From assembly GCA_016935525.1 (NCBI GenBank), contig JAFGQU010000021.1, positions 15,028 through 79,027 of the forward strand: a stretch of DNA of 64,000 nucleotides, written 5' to 3'. Of this stretch, positions 24,917 through 33,847 are shown one piece after another. Each line of letters begins with the position of its first letter. Position 1 is the stretch's first letter. Origin of the DNA: Candidatus Omnitrophota bacterium (GTDB lineage: Bacteria; Omnitrophota; Gorgyraeia; Duberdicusellales; 4484-171). The position numbers were made by a program, and so were the translations under genes. The notes beneath the pieces were generated by a model. That model saw only the letters and a program-made list of their open reading frames with translations, was not told the DNA's origin and searched no databases.

Positions 24917-26881
24917 CTATTTTCTGTGAAATGAATTGAATTTATCGGTATATTTGAGGACGGTCCATACAAAAGCGGAATGGCTCCAGGTAAGCGGTGA
25001 GACACAAAGCGGCGAACCGGTGACCGGATGGATCTGTTCGGCAAGTACGCCGGAAGGTAACGCGTTGTTCCCGCACCATTCAAGATACGGTAACGCCGTT
25101 TGTAGTTCTTCCCGGTTTTCGGCAGAATCGATAAAGTATTCGCCTAACCAGAGCGTCGAAATAAACCAGGGGTTACCCGGAATATCTTTTGGACTGTCTT
25201 CAGCCCGTTGATAGACGTCACCCGGGTATCGCGCGCACCCTTCAACCGAAGTTTTTAGCCATAACTGGTCACGTATAGATTTGACTGTTTCGATCATACG
25301 CGGATCTTTAGGTTCGAAAATTCCTAACGTCACCAGGCTTAACAGGCTGATATCAATGGTCTCATCAAGCTTGTACCCTCCGTCTATCCGGGACCCTGAA
25401 CGGGCAAACCGGTTCAGGCCGGCATGGTAAAGATGGTGACTGATCCCCTGCGTCATTTCATCGGCTACGGAATCATACTTTTCAGCTAAAGAGGTATCTT
25501 TAAAGAGTTTCGCGAATTTTGCCGCGGCTCTTAAACCCGCGATCACCGATGCGACCGTATAGGCGTGCAAAGCGTATCGTTCTTCCCAAAGATCATACGA
25601 AGGTAACGGTAATCGGGTCTGCGGGTCACGGTACCGGACCAGAAAGTCGGCGGCTTTTTTAATGAGCGTATTGTACAGCGGCCGGATAAATTCTACGTCT
25701 TTTAAACTCTGGTAATGTATCCATAACGCCCAAAGAGTCAACGCGGTCGAATCTTCCTGGATAGGAAGGACTTCTTTCCCGTCGACTAACCAGGCATGCC
25801 AGTTACTGGCAAGAGATCCGTCCGGATTATAATGTTGGAATAGATAACCTTCTTCCGATAACACCCGCGCGCAAAAATCGAAATATTTCATACAGATATG
25901 CGAGTACCCGGCCTTTGCTAACGCAGCGGCGACAAACGCGCCGTCACGGCCCCACATATATGAATACGTATCTTTTCCGAAACGGACAATATCCGAATCG
26001 TTCGCGGCAATAATGGCACCATGGTTGTCGATCTGCGTTCTCAGGATAAGCAGGCTGCGGCTGAAAATATCGGTGATCGGTTTTGGTAACTTTTTGAGTT
26101 TAAGAGACTGTTTCTGTACCCAGATCGTCCAGTATTTCGACGACCGTTTGATAAGTTCTTCCGGGGTTTTTTGATGGACTTCTAAATTGAGTTTCGCGAC
26201 TTCAGGATACGTCGTGCCCGCAGCCATCCAATAATACGCATTTGTTTTTCCTTGAGCGGGCAATTCCAGCCAAATACCGACGGTAGAATGCGGCGAACCC
26301 CATGCCGACGGATTACCGCTCAAGTTTCCGGTTTCGGTTTCTTTGTCGGCTACTGAATTTTCCGGATTTCCCCGTCTGCCGCAGGTAAAATGTTGTACAC
26401 CCCAAGTGTCATGGGCCCAGCAACTGATAAGAAAATACCGGTGTACCTTGTAGTGGATGATCGAACAACTGCGCGGATCAAAATAGGCAGTACCGCCGAT
26501 ATCGTTCCCATAAAGATAAAAATCATGATTAAAAAAAAGCCGGACTTGCCGGACCCTATCCTGAAGATTGGTTACTTCGATTTTTTTAATGTAGATGTTC
26601 AAATCCAGATCTACGACATCCGCACATCGGAGTTCTAACCCTAACGTATCATTTTTGAGAAAGACGTCCGTTACCAGACTTTTATCATGATACCTTAAAT
26701 CTTTTTCCCATTCCGGACCCATCCGCGAATAGTGTCCGTCCGCCCATACGCCGAAACGGAAAGGATTCCCGCTGGAATGGTTTTCCTGACCGATAAAAGG
26801 GAAATATATGTCCCGGATCTGATAATCCGAATCGAAATTCAAAAGAAAAGAACCGTTACTTACCGGGATGTCTTTAGGCAT
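24917..26881 (-). CDS. Glycoside hydrolase family 15-like protein (glucoamylase/trehalase-type (alpha/alpha)6 barrel)
   Basis: 654 aa of GH15-related length and character, with an N-terminal beta-sandwich and an (alpha/alpha)6 catalytic region. Assignment is by overall resemblance. Confidence 0.6.
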   Translation of the reverse strand: MPKDIPVSNGSFLLNFDSDYQIRDIYFPFIGQENHSSGNPFRFGVWADGHYSRMGPEWEKDLRYHDKSLVTDVFLKNDTLGLELRCADVVDLDLNIYIKKIEVTNLQDRVRQVRLFFNHDFYLYGNDIGGTAYFDPRSCSIIHYKVHRYFLISCWAHDTWGVQHFTCGRRGNPENSVADKETETGNLSGNPSAWGSPHSTVGIWLELPAQGKTNAYYWMAAGTTYPEVAKLNLEVHQKTPEELIKRSSKYWTIWVQKQSLKLKKLPKPITDIFSRSLLILRTQIDNHGAIIAANDSDIVRFGKDTYSYMWGRDGAFVAAALAKAGYSHICMKYFDFCARVLSEEGYLFQHYNPDGSLASNWHAWLVDGKEVLPIQEDSTALTLWALWIHYQSLKDVEFIRPLYNTLIKKAADFLVRYRDPQTRLPLPSYDLWEERYALHAYTVASVIAGLRAAAKFAKLFKDTSLAEKYDSVADEMTQGISHHLYHAGLNRFARSGSRIDGGYKLDETIDISLLSLVTLGIFEPKDPRMIETVKSIRDQLWLKTSVEGCARYPGDVYQRAEDSPKDIPGNPWFISTLWLGEYFIDSAENREELQTALPYLEWCGNNALPSGVLAEQIHPVTGSPLCVSPLTWSHSAFVWTVLKYTDKFNSFHRK

Positions 26882-28095
26882 ACCGTCCTTTCATCTACGA
26901 TCCATTGATACAGTTGTGAATATTTTCCGGCCATACTGGCGATTGAGAAATTATTTTTCACATGCCGGCGGCAGTCACGAGGGTCGATAAGGTAGATCTC
27001 TTCCACAGCCTTGATCATCTCATCGATCGAGTCTACGACGAACCCGGTTTTCCCGTGAACCACGATTTCGGGTACCGACCCTTTACGAAAAGCTATCACC
27101 GGGGTACCGCACGCCATGGATTCGATCAGTACCAGCCCGAACGGTTCGCCCCATTGGATAGGGAAAAGTGTTGCCCGCGCGTGCCGGTACCAGAGTTTTT
27201 TCTGGGCGTTATCGATTTCTCCGATATAGATGATCTGTTTGTCCGAATCAAGAATAGGTTTCATGACTTTTTCATAATAATCCGGCCCGGTAAACGGTTT
27301 GCCCGCGTCCGTGAGCAGGTCGATCGATTTCCTTATTTTTTTGAAAAATACCCGGTCTTTTGCTTTGTTCTGCACATTACCCGCGATGATAAGCCGGGAT
27401 CCGGTTTTTTTCGCGACTTCGATAGCTTTATCCTGCCCTTTATCGCGGGTAATCCTTCCAATCGAGAACAAATAGTCCGGTGGGCCGGGACTGGTTCTGA
27501 ACGGATAGTCATCTACATCAATACCGTGATGGATGACTCTCTGCGCGTTGACTAATTCACGATGCTGCTTTCTCTGGTATTCACTGATCGGGACAAAATA
27601 GGCGCGGGAAGAAGAAACGAGCGATTCGTTCCATCGTTTGAATGAGCCTTCTTCTTCGGCCGGTAAATGGAGAGTCATCACAATAGGAACCGGACTCCCG
27701 GAGACTCCTTTAAAAATATATTCGACCATGACGGCATCATGCATATGGATAATATCGATATCACCTTTTTTTGCCCGTTGAAGAGAGAGGGCAAGATGAC
27801 GGCGCATATGTTCCTGCTGCAAGAGTGTGTTTTCACTCCAGTATTCGTTGAACCCTTTTTCAATAGTCGTGTACTGTTCTCCGATGACACGGGAATCACC
27901 GGAGCAGGCGACGATCGAACGGTACCCTAATCTATGAAGCCCTTTATCGATATTATAAATGACCGTTTCGATCGGGCCGTACCCCAAATTCCGCCGAATC
28001 GGACGGTTTAAAGTCGCTATGTGCAGTATATTCATCTTTTTTCTCGGTTTTATCATATTGATATTTTCCTTTACCATGCCGGAAATACGCGGCAA
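26860..28095 (-). CDS. GT4-family (group 1) glycosyltransferase
   Basis: Contains the EX7E region GEPFGLVLIESMACGTPVIAFRKGSVPEIV. The probable true start is the internal ATG at 28035 (MNILHIATLN...). Confidence 0.75.
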   Translation of the reverse strand: MPRISGMVKENINMIKPRKKMNILHIATLNRPIRRNLGYGPIETVIYNIDKGLHRLGYRSIVACSGDSRVIGEQYTTIEKGFNEYWSENTLLQQEHMRRHLALSLQRAKKGDIDIIHMHDAVMVEYIFKGVSGSPVPIVMTLHLPAEEEGSFKRWNESLVSSSRAYFVPISEYQRKQHRELVNAQRVIHHGIDVDDYPFRTSPGPPDYLFSIGRITRDKGQDKAIEVAKKTGSRLIIAGNVQNKAKDRVFFKKIRKSIDLLTDAGKPFTGPDYYEKVMKPILDSDKQIIYIGEIDNAQKKLWYRHARATLFPIQWGEPFGLVLIESMACGTPVIAFRKGSVPEIVVHGKTGFVVDSIDEMIKAVEEIYLIDPRDCRRHVKNNFSIASMAGKYSQLYQWIVDERTVCLKTSR

Positions 28096-28368
28096 AAAGT
28101 GTTTACCCTACACGGTAAACCAGAGAGAAGAAAATAAAACAGCCTGATTGGAGACGGAATATACGAAGAGACTTCAGGGCGTGTTACATATAAGCTGTCT
28201 CGTTTTGCCGGGGAACAAAGAGAACCGACTTGTTTAGTATAGCATAAAGAGCCGCAAATAGATACAACTAAAAAAGACTCAACCGAGAGGGTGAATAAGG
28301 CGTGAGTGGGCAATAAGGTGAGCCCGTTTTGCCCATGCACTCGTTGGACCCAACGGGAGAACGTGGAT

Positions 28369-29826
28369 TTAGGCTGTTTCGGCGGGAGGTTCGATACAGT
28401 TGGATAAGTTTTCGTTCATACTATCGGGTACCTCGGGAAAATACACACCGATACGGTACAATTCGCTCTCTTGCTTACTTTTATGTTTTACTTTGCAAAT
28501 GAGCTCAAACGGAGACTTGTTTTTAGGACAATATATCCGGCATAAGAGTTCTTCATCAAGAATGTCTTGAGTGGAAAGTAACAACATCCCTTCTTGCGAG
28601 ATATTGGCGATCTGGGGTGGGTTCATATTCTCTTTTCCGGAAGAGTCAACCACCTCTATCCTGGCACCCGGTATGGGGTTAAGTCTTACCAACCTTCTTC
28701 TTTCTAACACTGCCCGGTTTTTCCCTTGCCGTTTTGCCTGACGTAACGCGTTATCGGCAATCCAGATCAATTCTTTAAGGTCTCTTGCGTTACAAGGAAA
28801 AACCGCTACCCCTGCGCTGAACTCTAAGGTAAACTCTCCGGCATCTTTTGCCTGCGGTAAAGTGATTTTTGTCCGGTTGAAATAGTTCCTGACCCTCTCT
28901 AAAACGACTAACGCTTGTTGCGCATCGGTTTCGGGAAAGACAAGCATAAACTCATCACCTCCATATCTGCCGACAATATCTATACTCCTGATACTCCTTT
29001 TAACGACATGAGCAAAAGCTATCAACACATCGTTACCGGCCAGATGGCCATGGTCATCGTTTATTTTTTTGAAATGGTCAATATCGATCATCACGATACT
29101 GAAAGTCTTTTGATACCGTTTGGACCGGGCAAGTTCGGTCTCTAAAAGTTCCATGATCGACCGGAAATTGACACAACCGGTGAGTTCATCATGACTCGCC
29201 AGATTTTTCAATTTCTCTTCGGCTTCTTTGTACGCGGTGATATCTTCAATCGCAAGTAAGATGAGTTGCGTATGGTTGGTTTTACGATAGACCTTACGGG
29301 CGTTGAGGAGCATCGTTCGTGTACCGATACCGGGAAAATCATGTTCGACTTCAAAATCATCAAAACTTGTGGTATGGGGAAGGATATCCTCCAACAATTC
29401 CCGTAATCGCGGGATATCCCATTGACGGTCACCTAGCTCATAGATATGTTGTTTCTCGGTATCTTCAGGTTTTACTTTAAAGAATTGGTAGAACGAACGG
29501 CTGGCGGAAACCACCTTTAAATCCGCGTCCAGAATGATCAAAGAGTCCCGTACGGTATTTATGATGCCGTTGGCGTATTCAAGAGCATCTTCAACAGTTT
29601 GTTCTAATTTTTTACGTTGTTCGATCTCGGCACGGAGGAGCCTCTGAATGACTCGTTCCGCGGACGTACGGGTACTCACCCGGTCTTCAAGAGTCTTCTC
29701 GTATTCTTTTAATTCTTTCTCTTTGTTTTCCAGTCCGGGGCCTATCTTACCAAGCTTCTTTATCTGTTGTTGTAACGCATTGATCGCTTTCATTAATTGT
29801 TGTTTAGCGGTTACCTTTTTTTTCAT
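28369..29826 (-). CDS. Diguanylate cyclase (coiled-coil/PAS-GGDEF) with C-terminal PilZ domain
   Basis: 485 aa with a GGDEF active site (RYGGDEF). The C-terminus carries the PilZ signatures RxxxR (RRRLVR) and (D/N)xSxxG (NISQEG). Confidence 0.8.
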   Translation of the reverse strand: MKKKVTAKQQLMKAINALQQQIKKLGKIGPGLENKEKELKEYEKTLEDRVSTRTSAERVIQRLLRAEIEQRKKLEQTVEDALEYANGIINTVRDSLIILDADLKVVSASRSFYQFFKVKPEDTEKQHIYELGDRQWDIPRLRELLEDILPHTTSFDDFEVEHDFPGIGTRTMLLNARKVYRKTNHTQLILLAIEDITAYKEAEEKLKNLASHDELTGCVNFRSIMELLETELARSKRYQKTFSIVMIDIDHFKKINDDHGHLAGNDVLIAFAHVVKRSIRSIDIVGRYGGDEFMLVFPETDAQQALVVLERVRNYFNRTKITLPQAKDAGEFTLEFSAGVAVFPCNARDLKELIWIADNALRQAKRQGKNRAVLERRRLVRLNPIPGARIEVVDSSGKENMNPPQIANISQEGMLLLSTQDILDEELLCRIYCPKNKSPFELICKVKHKSKQESELYRIGVYFPEVPDSMNENLSNCIEPPAETA

Positions 29827-29975
29827 CTTGTTCTCCCCGGATTTGATTATACTCTCGTTTACGGGAATTGATAGGATTACTTACACCCGTTCCCTTATCC
29901 GGGTAGGACTTCCCTTTTGGAAGTTTCTGCTCCCCGGGGTAGGACATATGCGGCGTCACGCGGATTGATGATGTG

Positions 29976-30305
29976 TTACACCTGACAGCCACACTTTTTG
30001 TTCATTAATATCTTTATTTGCTTTTTACGAGAATCGATGAATACATTCTGCTTCCTGGAACCGGTCGCGAGTTTACGGTTGAGATCACTATAATGGTTAT
30101 ATCCTCTGCTTTTCATTTCGGCAACGAGTGCTTGATGTCGTGCATACAAAGCCGCTAATTTGCCTTTCCATCTAAGGGTCTCGGGATGTTTAGAGTATCC
30201 TTTTTTATTCTTAGTTAAGATCGACCATATCGCGTGCAGTTCTCTATGTTCGCCAAGAAGATGGTTACGACAAAGTTTTTTTGGAGAAATATCCCAGATC
30301 CTCAT
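29976..30305 (-). CDS. Pyrimidine-dimer DNA glycosylase family protein (T4 endonuclease V-like)
   Basis: 109 aa. The N-terminus MRIWDISPKKLCRNHLLGEHRELHAIW parallels the DenV motif LxxQHLxxExREL. Confidence 0.55.
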   Translation of the reverse strand: MRIWDISPKKLCRNHLLGEHRELHAIWSILTKNKKGYSKHPETLRWKGKLAALYARHQALVAEMKSRGYNHYSDLNRKLATGSRKQNVFIDSRKKQIKILMNKKCGCQV

Positions 30306-30406
30306 AATGTTATTCGTTATTTTCTAAAAGAAAACCTTCTGCCCTCTCTTATATCACAGAGATCTAAAGAGTGCAACTTCGGGGGTAGAACACGGAAAAG
30401 CTATTC

Positions 30407-30435
30407 TTGACGCTATAATCCAAATGGGCTATAAT
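30407..30435 (+). promoter_or_regulatory. Sigma70-type promoter upstream of the tRNA-Asn locus
   Basis: TTGACG (30407..30412), a 17-nt spacer, then TATAAT (30430..30435). A second TATAAT lies at 30414..30419. Confidence 0.55.
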
Positions 30436-30506
30436 ACGGTTCTTATAAAGGTAGCAGAACTGTAAGAGTCACCTTCGTTCTTGCATAAAATCGACTAAAC
30501 GTGTAA

Positions 30507-30523
30507 AAATTCCCCGGTAGCTC
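30507..30523 (+). repeat. Partial duplicate of the tRNA-Asn 5' end (aattccccggtagctc) within the tRNA leader
   Basis: Identical 16 nt to 30656..30671. It is followed by an unrelated hairpin cccgag-cgggata-ctcggg. Confidence 0.7.
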
Positions 30524-30659
30524 CCCGAGCGGGATACTCGGGATTAATTCAATTAAGCATTTTTCCTCGTTCACAGTCGAAAAATGCAAGTTTCATTGAA
30601 CAGTCGGTCACCCTCCTTCGCTACCGGAAAAAGCGGAGGAAGCAATGACCTGCATTAAT

Positions 30660-30736
30660 TCCCCGGTAGCTCAGTCGGTATGAGCAACTGACTGTTAATC
30701 AGTGGGTCGTAGGTTCGAGCCCTACCCGGGGAGCCA
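30660..30736 (+). tRNA. tRNA-Asn (anticodon GTT), CCA encoded
   Basis: Cloverleaf: acceptor tccccgg/ccgggga, D-arm gctc/gagc, anticodon stem actga/tcagt with loop ctGTTaa, T-arm gtagg-ttcgagc-cctac, discriminator G and CCA. Confidence 0.85.
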
Positions 30737-30747
30737 TGATAAAAACA

Positions 30748-30779
30748 CCCCCTCTCTTTATGAGAGGGGGTTATTTTTT
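30748..30779 (+). terminator. Intrinsic terminator after tRNA-Asn
   Basis: Hairpin ccccctctc-ttta-gagaggggg followed by ttattttttat. Confidence 0.8.
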
Positions 30780-30780
30780 A

Positions 30781-30975
30781 TCATATGGTTTCCTCCGGAG
30801 GATCGAACCTTGTGCCATGGAAGGCACAAGGGGATGAACTGCGGAGCGAAGCGACCATGAGGTTTGCTCCCTTGGCAGTCCGCGCGAGTCCGACTTTGTC
30901 GGACGGAGCTGCGCGCCCTACCCGGGGAGCCAGAATAAAATATCCCTCGCCCTTTTTGGGTGAGGGATTTTTATT
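30781..30975 (+). repeat. Structured tandem unit A ending in the tRNA-Asn 3' end (ccctacccggggagcca) plus its own terminator
   Basis: Hairpin ccttgtgcc-atggaa-ggcacaagg, a conserved 115-nt core, hairpin gtccgac-ttt-gtcggac, the 3' end gcgccctacccggggagcca at 30932, and terminator 30942..30975. Confidence 0.7.
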
Positions 30976-31163
30976 TCTGACCCTGTGTCGGGTCGAACCT
31001 TGGAGGCGAACCCGACAAGGTGATGAACTGCGGAGCGAAGCGACCATGAGGTTTCTTGCCTTGGCAGTCCGCGCGAGTCCGACTTTGTCGGACGGAGCTG
31101 CGCGCCCTACCCGAGGAGCCGTGACAAAAATACCCCCTCTCGTTATGAGAGGGGGTATTTTTG
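30976..31163 (+). repeat. Structured tandem unit B (about 93% identical core to unit A) with its own terminator
   Basis: Same core, ...gcgccctacccgaggagccg, then terminator accccctctc-gtta-gagagggggt plus a T-run at 31132..31163. Confidence 0.7.
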
Positions 31164-31267
31164 TGTCGTATGGGTTTCCCTCGGTACGCGTGAGGTCCCC
31201 TTTTAAATTCTTTTTCCTTAACCAAAATAATTGTGTTATAATCATTTTCCACACGTAAGGAGGTGAT

Positions 31268-31897
31268 ATGAAATTTGCCTTATTATTGTTACTTCTCTTC
31301 CTTTTCGGCCAACCGGCCGGGGCCCAGAATAAAGCTTACTTGAAAGACGGTAAGATCGTCGTCGAGACGCCCGAAGGCGCCCGTCAACTCGATTATTCGG
31401 CCGATAAAGACGAAACCCGTTACGAGGTGACTAGTCCCGCCGGAAAAAGCTGGAGCGTGCAGAGTGACACAAAAAAGGTGGATGAAGCACTCGGCGTCTA
31501 TATGGAAAAAGGCACCCCGTTATATGAAAAAAACGTGATCATTACCGACGAAGCCGACGGGACTCAAACGATCCATGTCGATTACATCACTAAAAACGAA
31601 AACGAAACAATGCTCTTCTCTCCCGACGGTAATTACGCCTATTACCTGACGACGGCCGAAGACGGGAAAAACAGTATTTACGGGATCAATCTACTTACCA
31701 ATAAAACGTTCTTTATCAGTACGGCAAGCGATTACCGGCTAATCACCTGTACCAACGACCGGACATACCTTGCGTTACGGGCCGGGATAAACAGTACTCT
31801 CTTTATGATCTACGATCTTTCGGGCACCAAAATGGGGTCGGTAGAAAGTACCGACGGATTTTCAGGTATACAGAACGATTTTTGTTTCTCGTTGTAA
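31268..31897 (+). CDS. Secreted hypothetical protein (signal peptide)
   Basis: 209 aa with the leader MKFALLLLLLFLFGQPAGA. Confidence 0.4.
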   Translation: MKFALLLLLLFLFGQPAGAQNKAYLKDGKIVVETPEGARQLDYSADKDETRYEVTSPAGKSWSVQSDTKKVDEALGVYMEKGTPLYEKNVIITDEADGTQTIHVDYITKNENETMLFSPDGNYAYYLTTAEDGKNSIYGINLLTNKTFFISTASDYRLITCTNDRTYLALRAGINSTLFMIYDLSGTKMGSVESTDGFSGIQNDFCFSL

Positions 31898-31913
31898 AGA
31901 AAGGAGCAGGAAG

Positions 31914-32810
31914 ATGAACCGCAAAACTTTTATTTTTACGCTTATCTTCTGCCTGGCCGTAACGGGCATAAGTTTTGCCGCGGGTTTAAAGAAAACCGTG
32001 GCGGTATTCGAATTCGAGAACGATTCGGGATTCACTACCTGGGCGAAAATGGGTGAAGATTTTTCCGACCAGCTTACCGACTCACTGATGCAAAGCGGCG
32101 GATTTATCGTCCTTTCCCGTAAAGACCTTGATGTGGTCATGGCTGAACAGGATCTTGCCGCCAGTAACCGGTTCGCAAAAGCTAAAGCGGCTCAAACCGG
32201 GAAAATCGTACCGGCCCAGATCCTGGTAAAAGGTAAGATCACCGATTTCGAAGAAAATACCTCCGGTTCCGGACAGGGGTTAAGCATTAAAGGGATTTCG
32301 ATCGGGACAAAAAGTTCCGCGGTAAGTATCGGCGTGATCGTCCAGTTGATCGATTCCACTACCGGAGAAGTGCTCGCATCAAAAAGGATCGACGGCGAGG
32401 CAAAATCGGGCGGATTATCGTTAGGATATTCCGGCGCCTGGGATTTCGGTTCATCGAACTTCAAGAAAACACCGGTCGGGAAAGCCGTACAGATGGCAAT
32501 CGACCGGGCGGTCGCCTATATCGCGAAAGAACTTTCCTCTGTTGCCTGGAGCGCGAAAGTGATTACGGTCAAAGACGGCACGATCTTCATCAATGCCGGA
32601 AGTAATGCCGGGGTAAATTCCGGTGATACGTTTACCCTCTACAGCGAAGGTGAAGCCCTGATCGATCCCGATACCGGGATGAATTTAGGAAGTGACCGGA
32701 AGAAGCTGGGAATGATCGTCATATCTTCCGTACAGGAAAAATTCTCGAAAGCTACCACCAGCGGCTTTAATATCGATCAGGTGTCGGTGGGCGACGTTGT
32801 CTTAAAATAG
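31914..32810 (+). CDS. CsgG-family (curli-secretion-channel-like) lipoprotein
   Basis: 298 aa with a signal peptide and the CsgG-type motif KKTVAVFEFENDSG. Confidence 0.55.
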   Translation: MNRKTFIFTLIFCLAVTGISFAAGLKKTVAVFEFENDSGFTTWAKMGEDFSDQLTDSLMQSGGFIVLSRKDLDVVMAEQDLAASNRFAKAKAAQTGKIVPAQILVKGKITDFEENTSGSGQGLSIKGISIGTKSSAVSIGVIVQLIDSTTGEVLASKRIDGEAKSGGLSLGYSGAWDFGSSNFKKTPVGKAVQMAIDRAVAYIAKELSSVAWSAKVITVKDGTIFINAGSNAGVNSGDTFTLYSEGEALIDPDTGMNLGSDRKKLGMIVISSVQEKFSKATTSGFNIDQVSVGDVVLK

Positions 32811-32884
32811 GAAAAATGCGTTCGCATATTTTCCTGATTACAACGATTAAAGACGGATTACGGTGACAATAAAGGAGAAAAAAC

Positions 32885-33079
32885 ATGTACGTAAAAAGTA
32901 TTTTTTTCTGTATTCTCGCCACACTGTTGCTGACCGGATGCGAAACCGCGCAAAAAGCGACGACCGAAACCGGTCGGTATATCGGTAAAGGCGCGAACGT
33001 GGTCGGCGGAATCACCGCCGGCGGGGCCGAAGCGGTAAAAGGCGAAGAGACCAGCGAAGAGAATCCTTACGCCCGATAA
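32885..33079 (+). CDS. Small lipoprotein (hypothetical)
   Basis: 64 aa with the lipobox LLLTGC. Confidence 0.35.
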   Translation: MYVKSIFFCILATLLLTGCETAQKATTETGRYIGKGANVVGGITAGGAEAVKGEETSEENPYAR

Positions 33080-33097
33080 TATTGTTAGTCACATGGG

Positions 33098-33160
33098 AAA
33101 TAGTCGATAGTCAATAGTCCATGATCCGTAGACCATAGACCGGAAACTAGAGACTGTATC
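33098..33160. repeat. Heptanucleotide tandem repeat array, reverse orientation ((GATAGTC)n then (TAGACCR)n)
   Basis: Reads aaatagtcgatagtcaatagtccatgatccgtagaccatagaccggaaactagagactgtatcc. Confidence 0.8.
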
Positions 33161-33215
33161 CCCTCTATCCGCTCATTGATCCCTTATGGTATAATATCCC
33201 AAAAAGGAGGCTGAT

Positions 33216-33470
33216 ATGGAAGAACAGGAGATCGGAATAGTCGACCATTTCTTTAACAAGATCTCGGTCGGGATGATCAAATTGAGTGACGTACTGAAAG
33301 TAGGCGATACGATCCATATTAAAGGAAAACAGACGGATTTTTCTCAAAAAGTCGAATCGATGCGGATAGAATTCGATAGTGTGAATGAAGCAAAATCAGG
33401 CGATAAGGTCGGTATCAAAGTGTCCCAGCCGCTCCATTCCAACGATACCGTGTATAAAGTGACCGTTTAG
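33216..33470 (+). CDS. Small beta-barrel protein resembling EF-Tu domain 2
   Basis: 84 aa; the stretches GMIKLSDVLKVGDTIHIKG...EAKSGDKVGIKV follow the EF-Tu domain-2 pattern. Confidence 0.4.
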   Translation: MEEQEIGIVDHFFNKISVGMIKLSDVLKVGDTIHIKGKQTDFSQKVESMRIEFDSVNEAKSGDKVGIKVSQPLHSNDTVYKVTV

Positions 33471-33502
33471 GAGATAGCCCGTACAATCACAGGAGAAAAA
33501 CC

Positions 33503-33625
33503 ATGAAAAGTCACGATATAAAAAAAGATGCGAAAAAGAAACCGCAGAAAACACTGAAAGAACGACAAGCCGAAAAACGGTTAAAACGGGAACAGGAAAA
33601 AACCGCACCGGGTTGGAATCAATAA
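33503..33625 (+). CDS. Possible 40-aa Lys/Glu-rich small protein
   Basis: ATG preceded by AGGAG; sequence MKSHDIKKDAKKKPQKTLKERQAEKRLKREQEKTAPGWNQ. It is too short to appear in the ORF track. Confidence 0.2.
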   Translation: MKSHDIKKDAKKKPQKTLKERQAEKRLKREQEKTAPGWNQ

Positions 33626-33636
33626 CGAGAAAGCGG

Positions 33637-33725
33637 ATAGCGACTAGCGGTCAGCGGATAGAGTGAAATAGGGAATTAGCAATGTCCAATTAACAATTAG
33701 CAGTTATCAATGAGAGAAAAAATAA
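33637..33725. repeat. Heptamer-periodic region (AGCGNNN x5 then AATNNNN x6)
   Basis: Reads agcggat agcgact agcggtc agcggat agagtga, then aataggg aattagc aatgtcc aattaac aattagc agttatc. Confidence 0.6.
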
Positions 33726-33847
33726 GGAGGAAAACTCCGGATTTTAAGTTGATAATTGCTAAATGTTCATTTTGCATTAATCATTTATATTAGACGTGGT
33801 CTATGTGACGCGCTTGCCCCGTTGCGTAAACTCACGGAGTATCGTGT

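Noticed and set aside
28280-28345. gagggtgaa...ggtgagcc segment considered as RNase P RNA CR-II/CR-III
   Set aside because: The match covers only a few nucleotides. The flanking conserved regions (GGAAAGTCCGG, ACAGAACCCGGCTTA) are absent.
30790-30835. ggatcgaacc segment considered as a minus-strand tRNA T-arm (GGTTCGATCC)
   Set aside because: No acceptor, D or anticodon arms can be built around it on the minus strand. It lies inside a plus-strand hairpin of the repeat unit.
30781-31258. Mirror-image 157-aa ORFs on both strands across the tRNA-associated tandem units
   Set aside because: The region is a direct repeat of structured units, each followed by a terminator. The ORFs span the terminators, and their translations repeat internally (...APRVGRAAPSDKVGLARTAK... 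twice). They are produced by the repeat, not coding.
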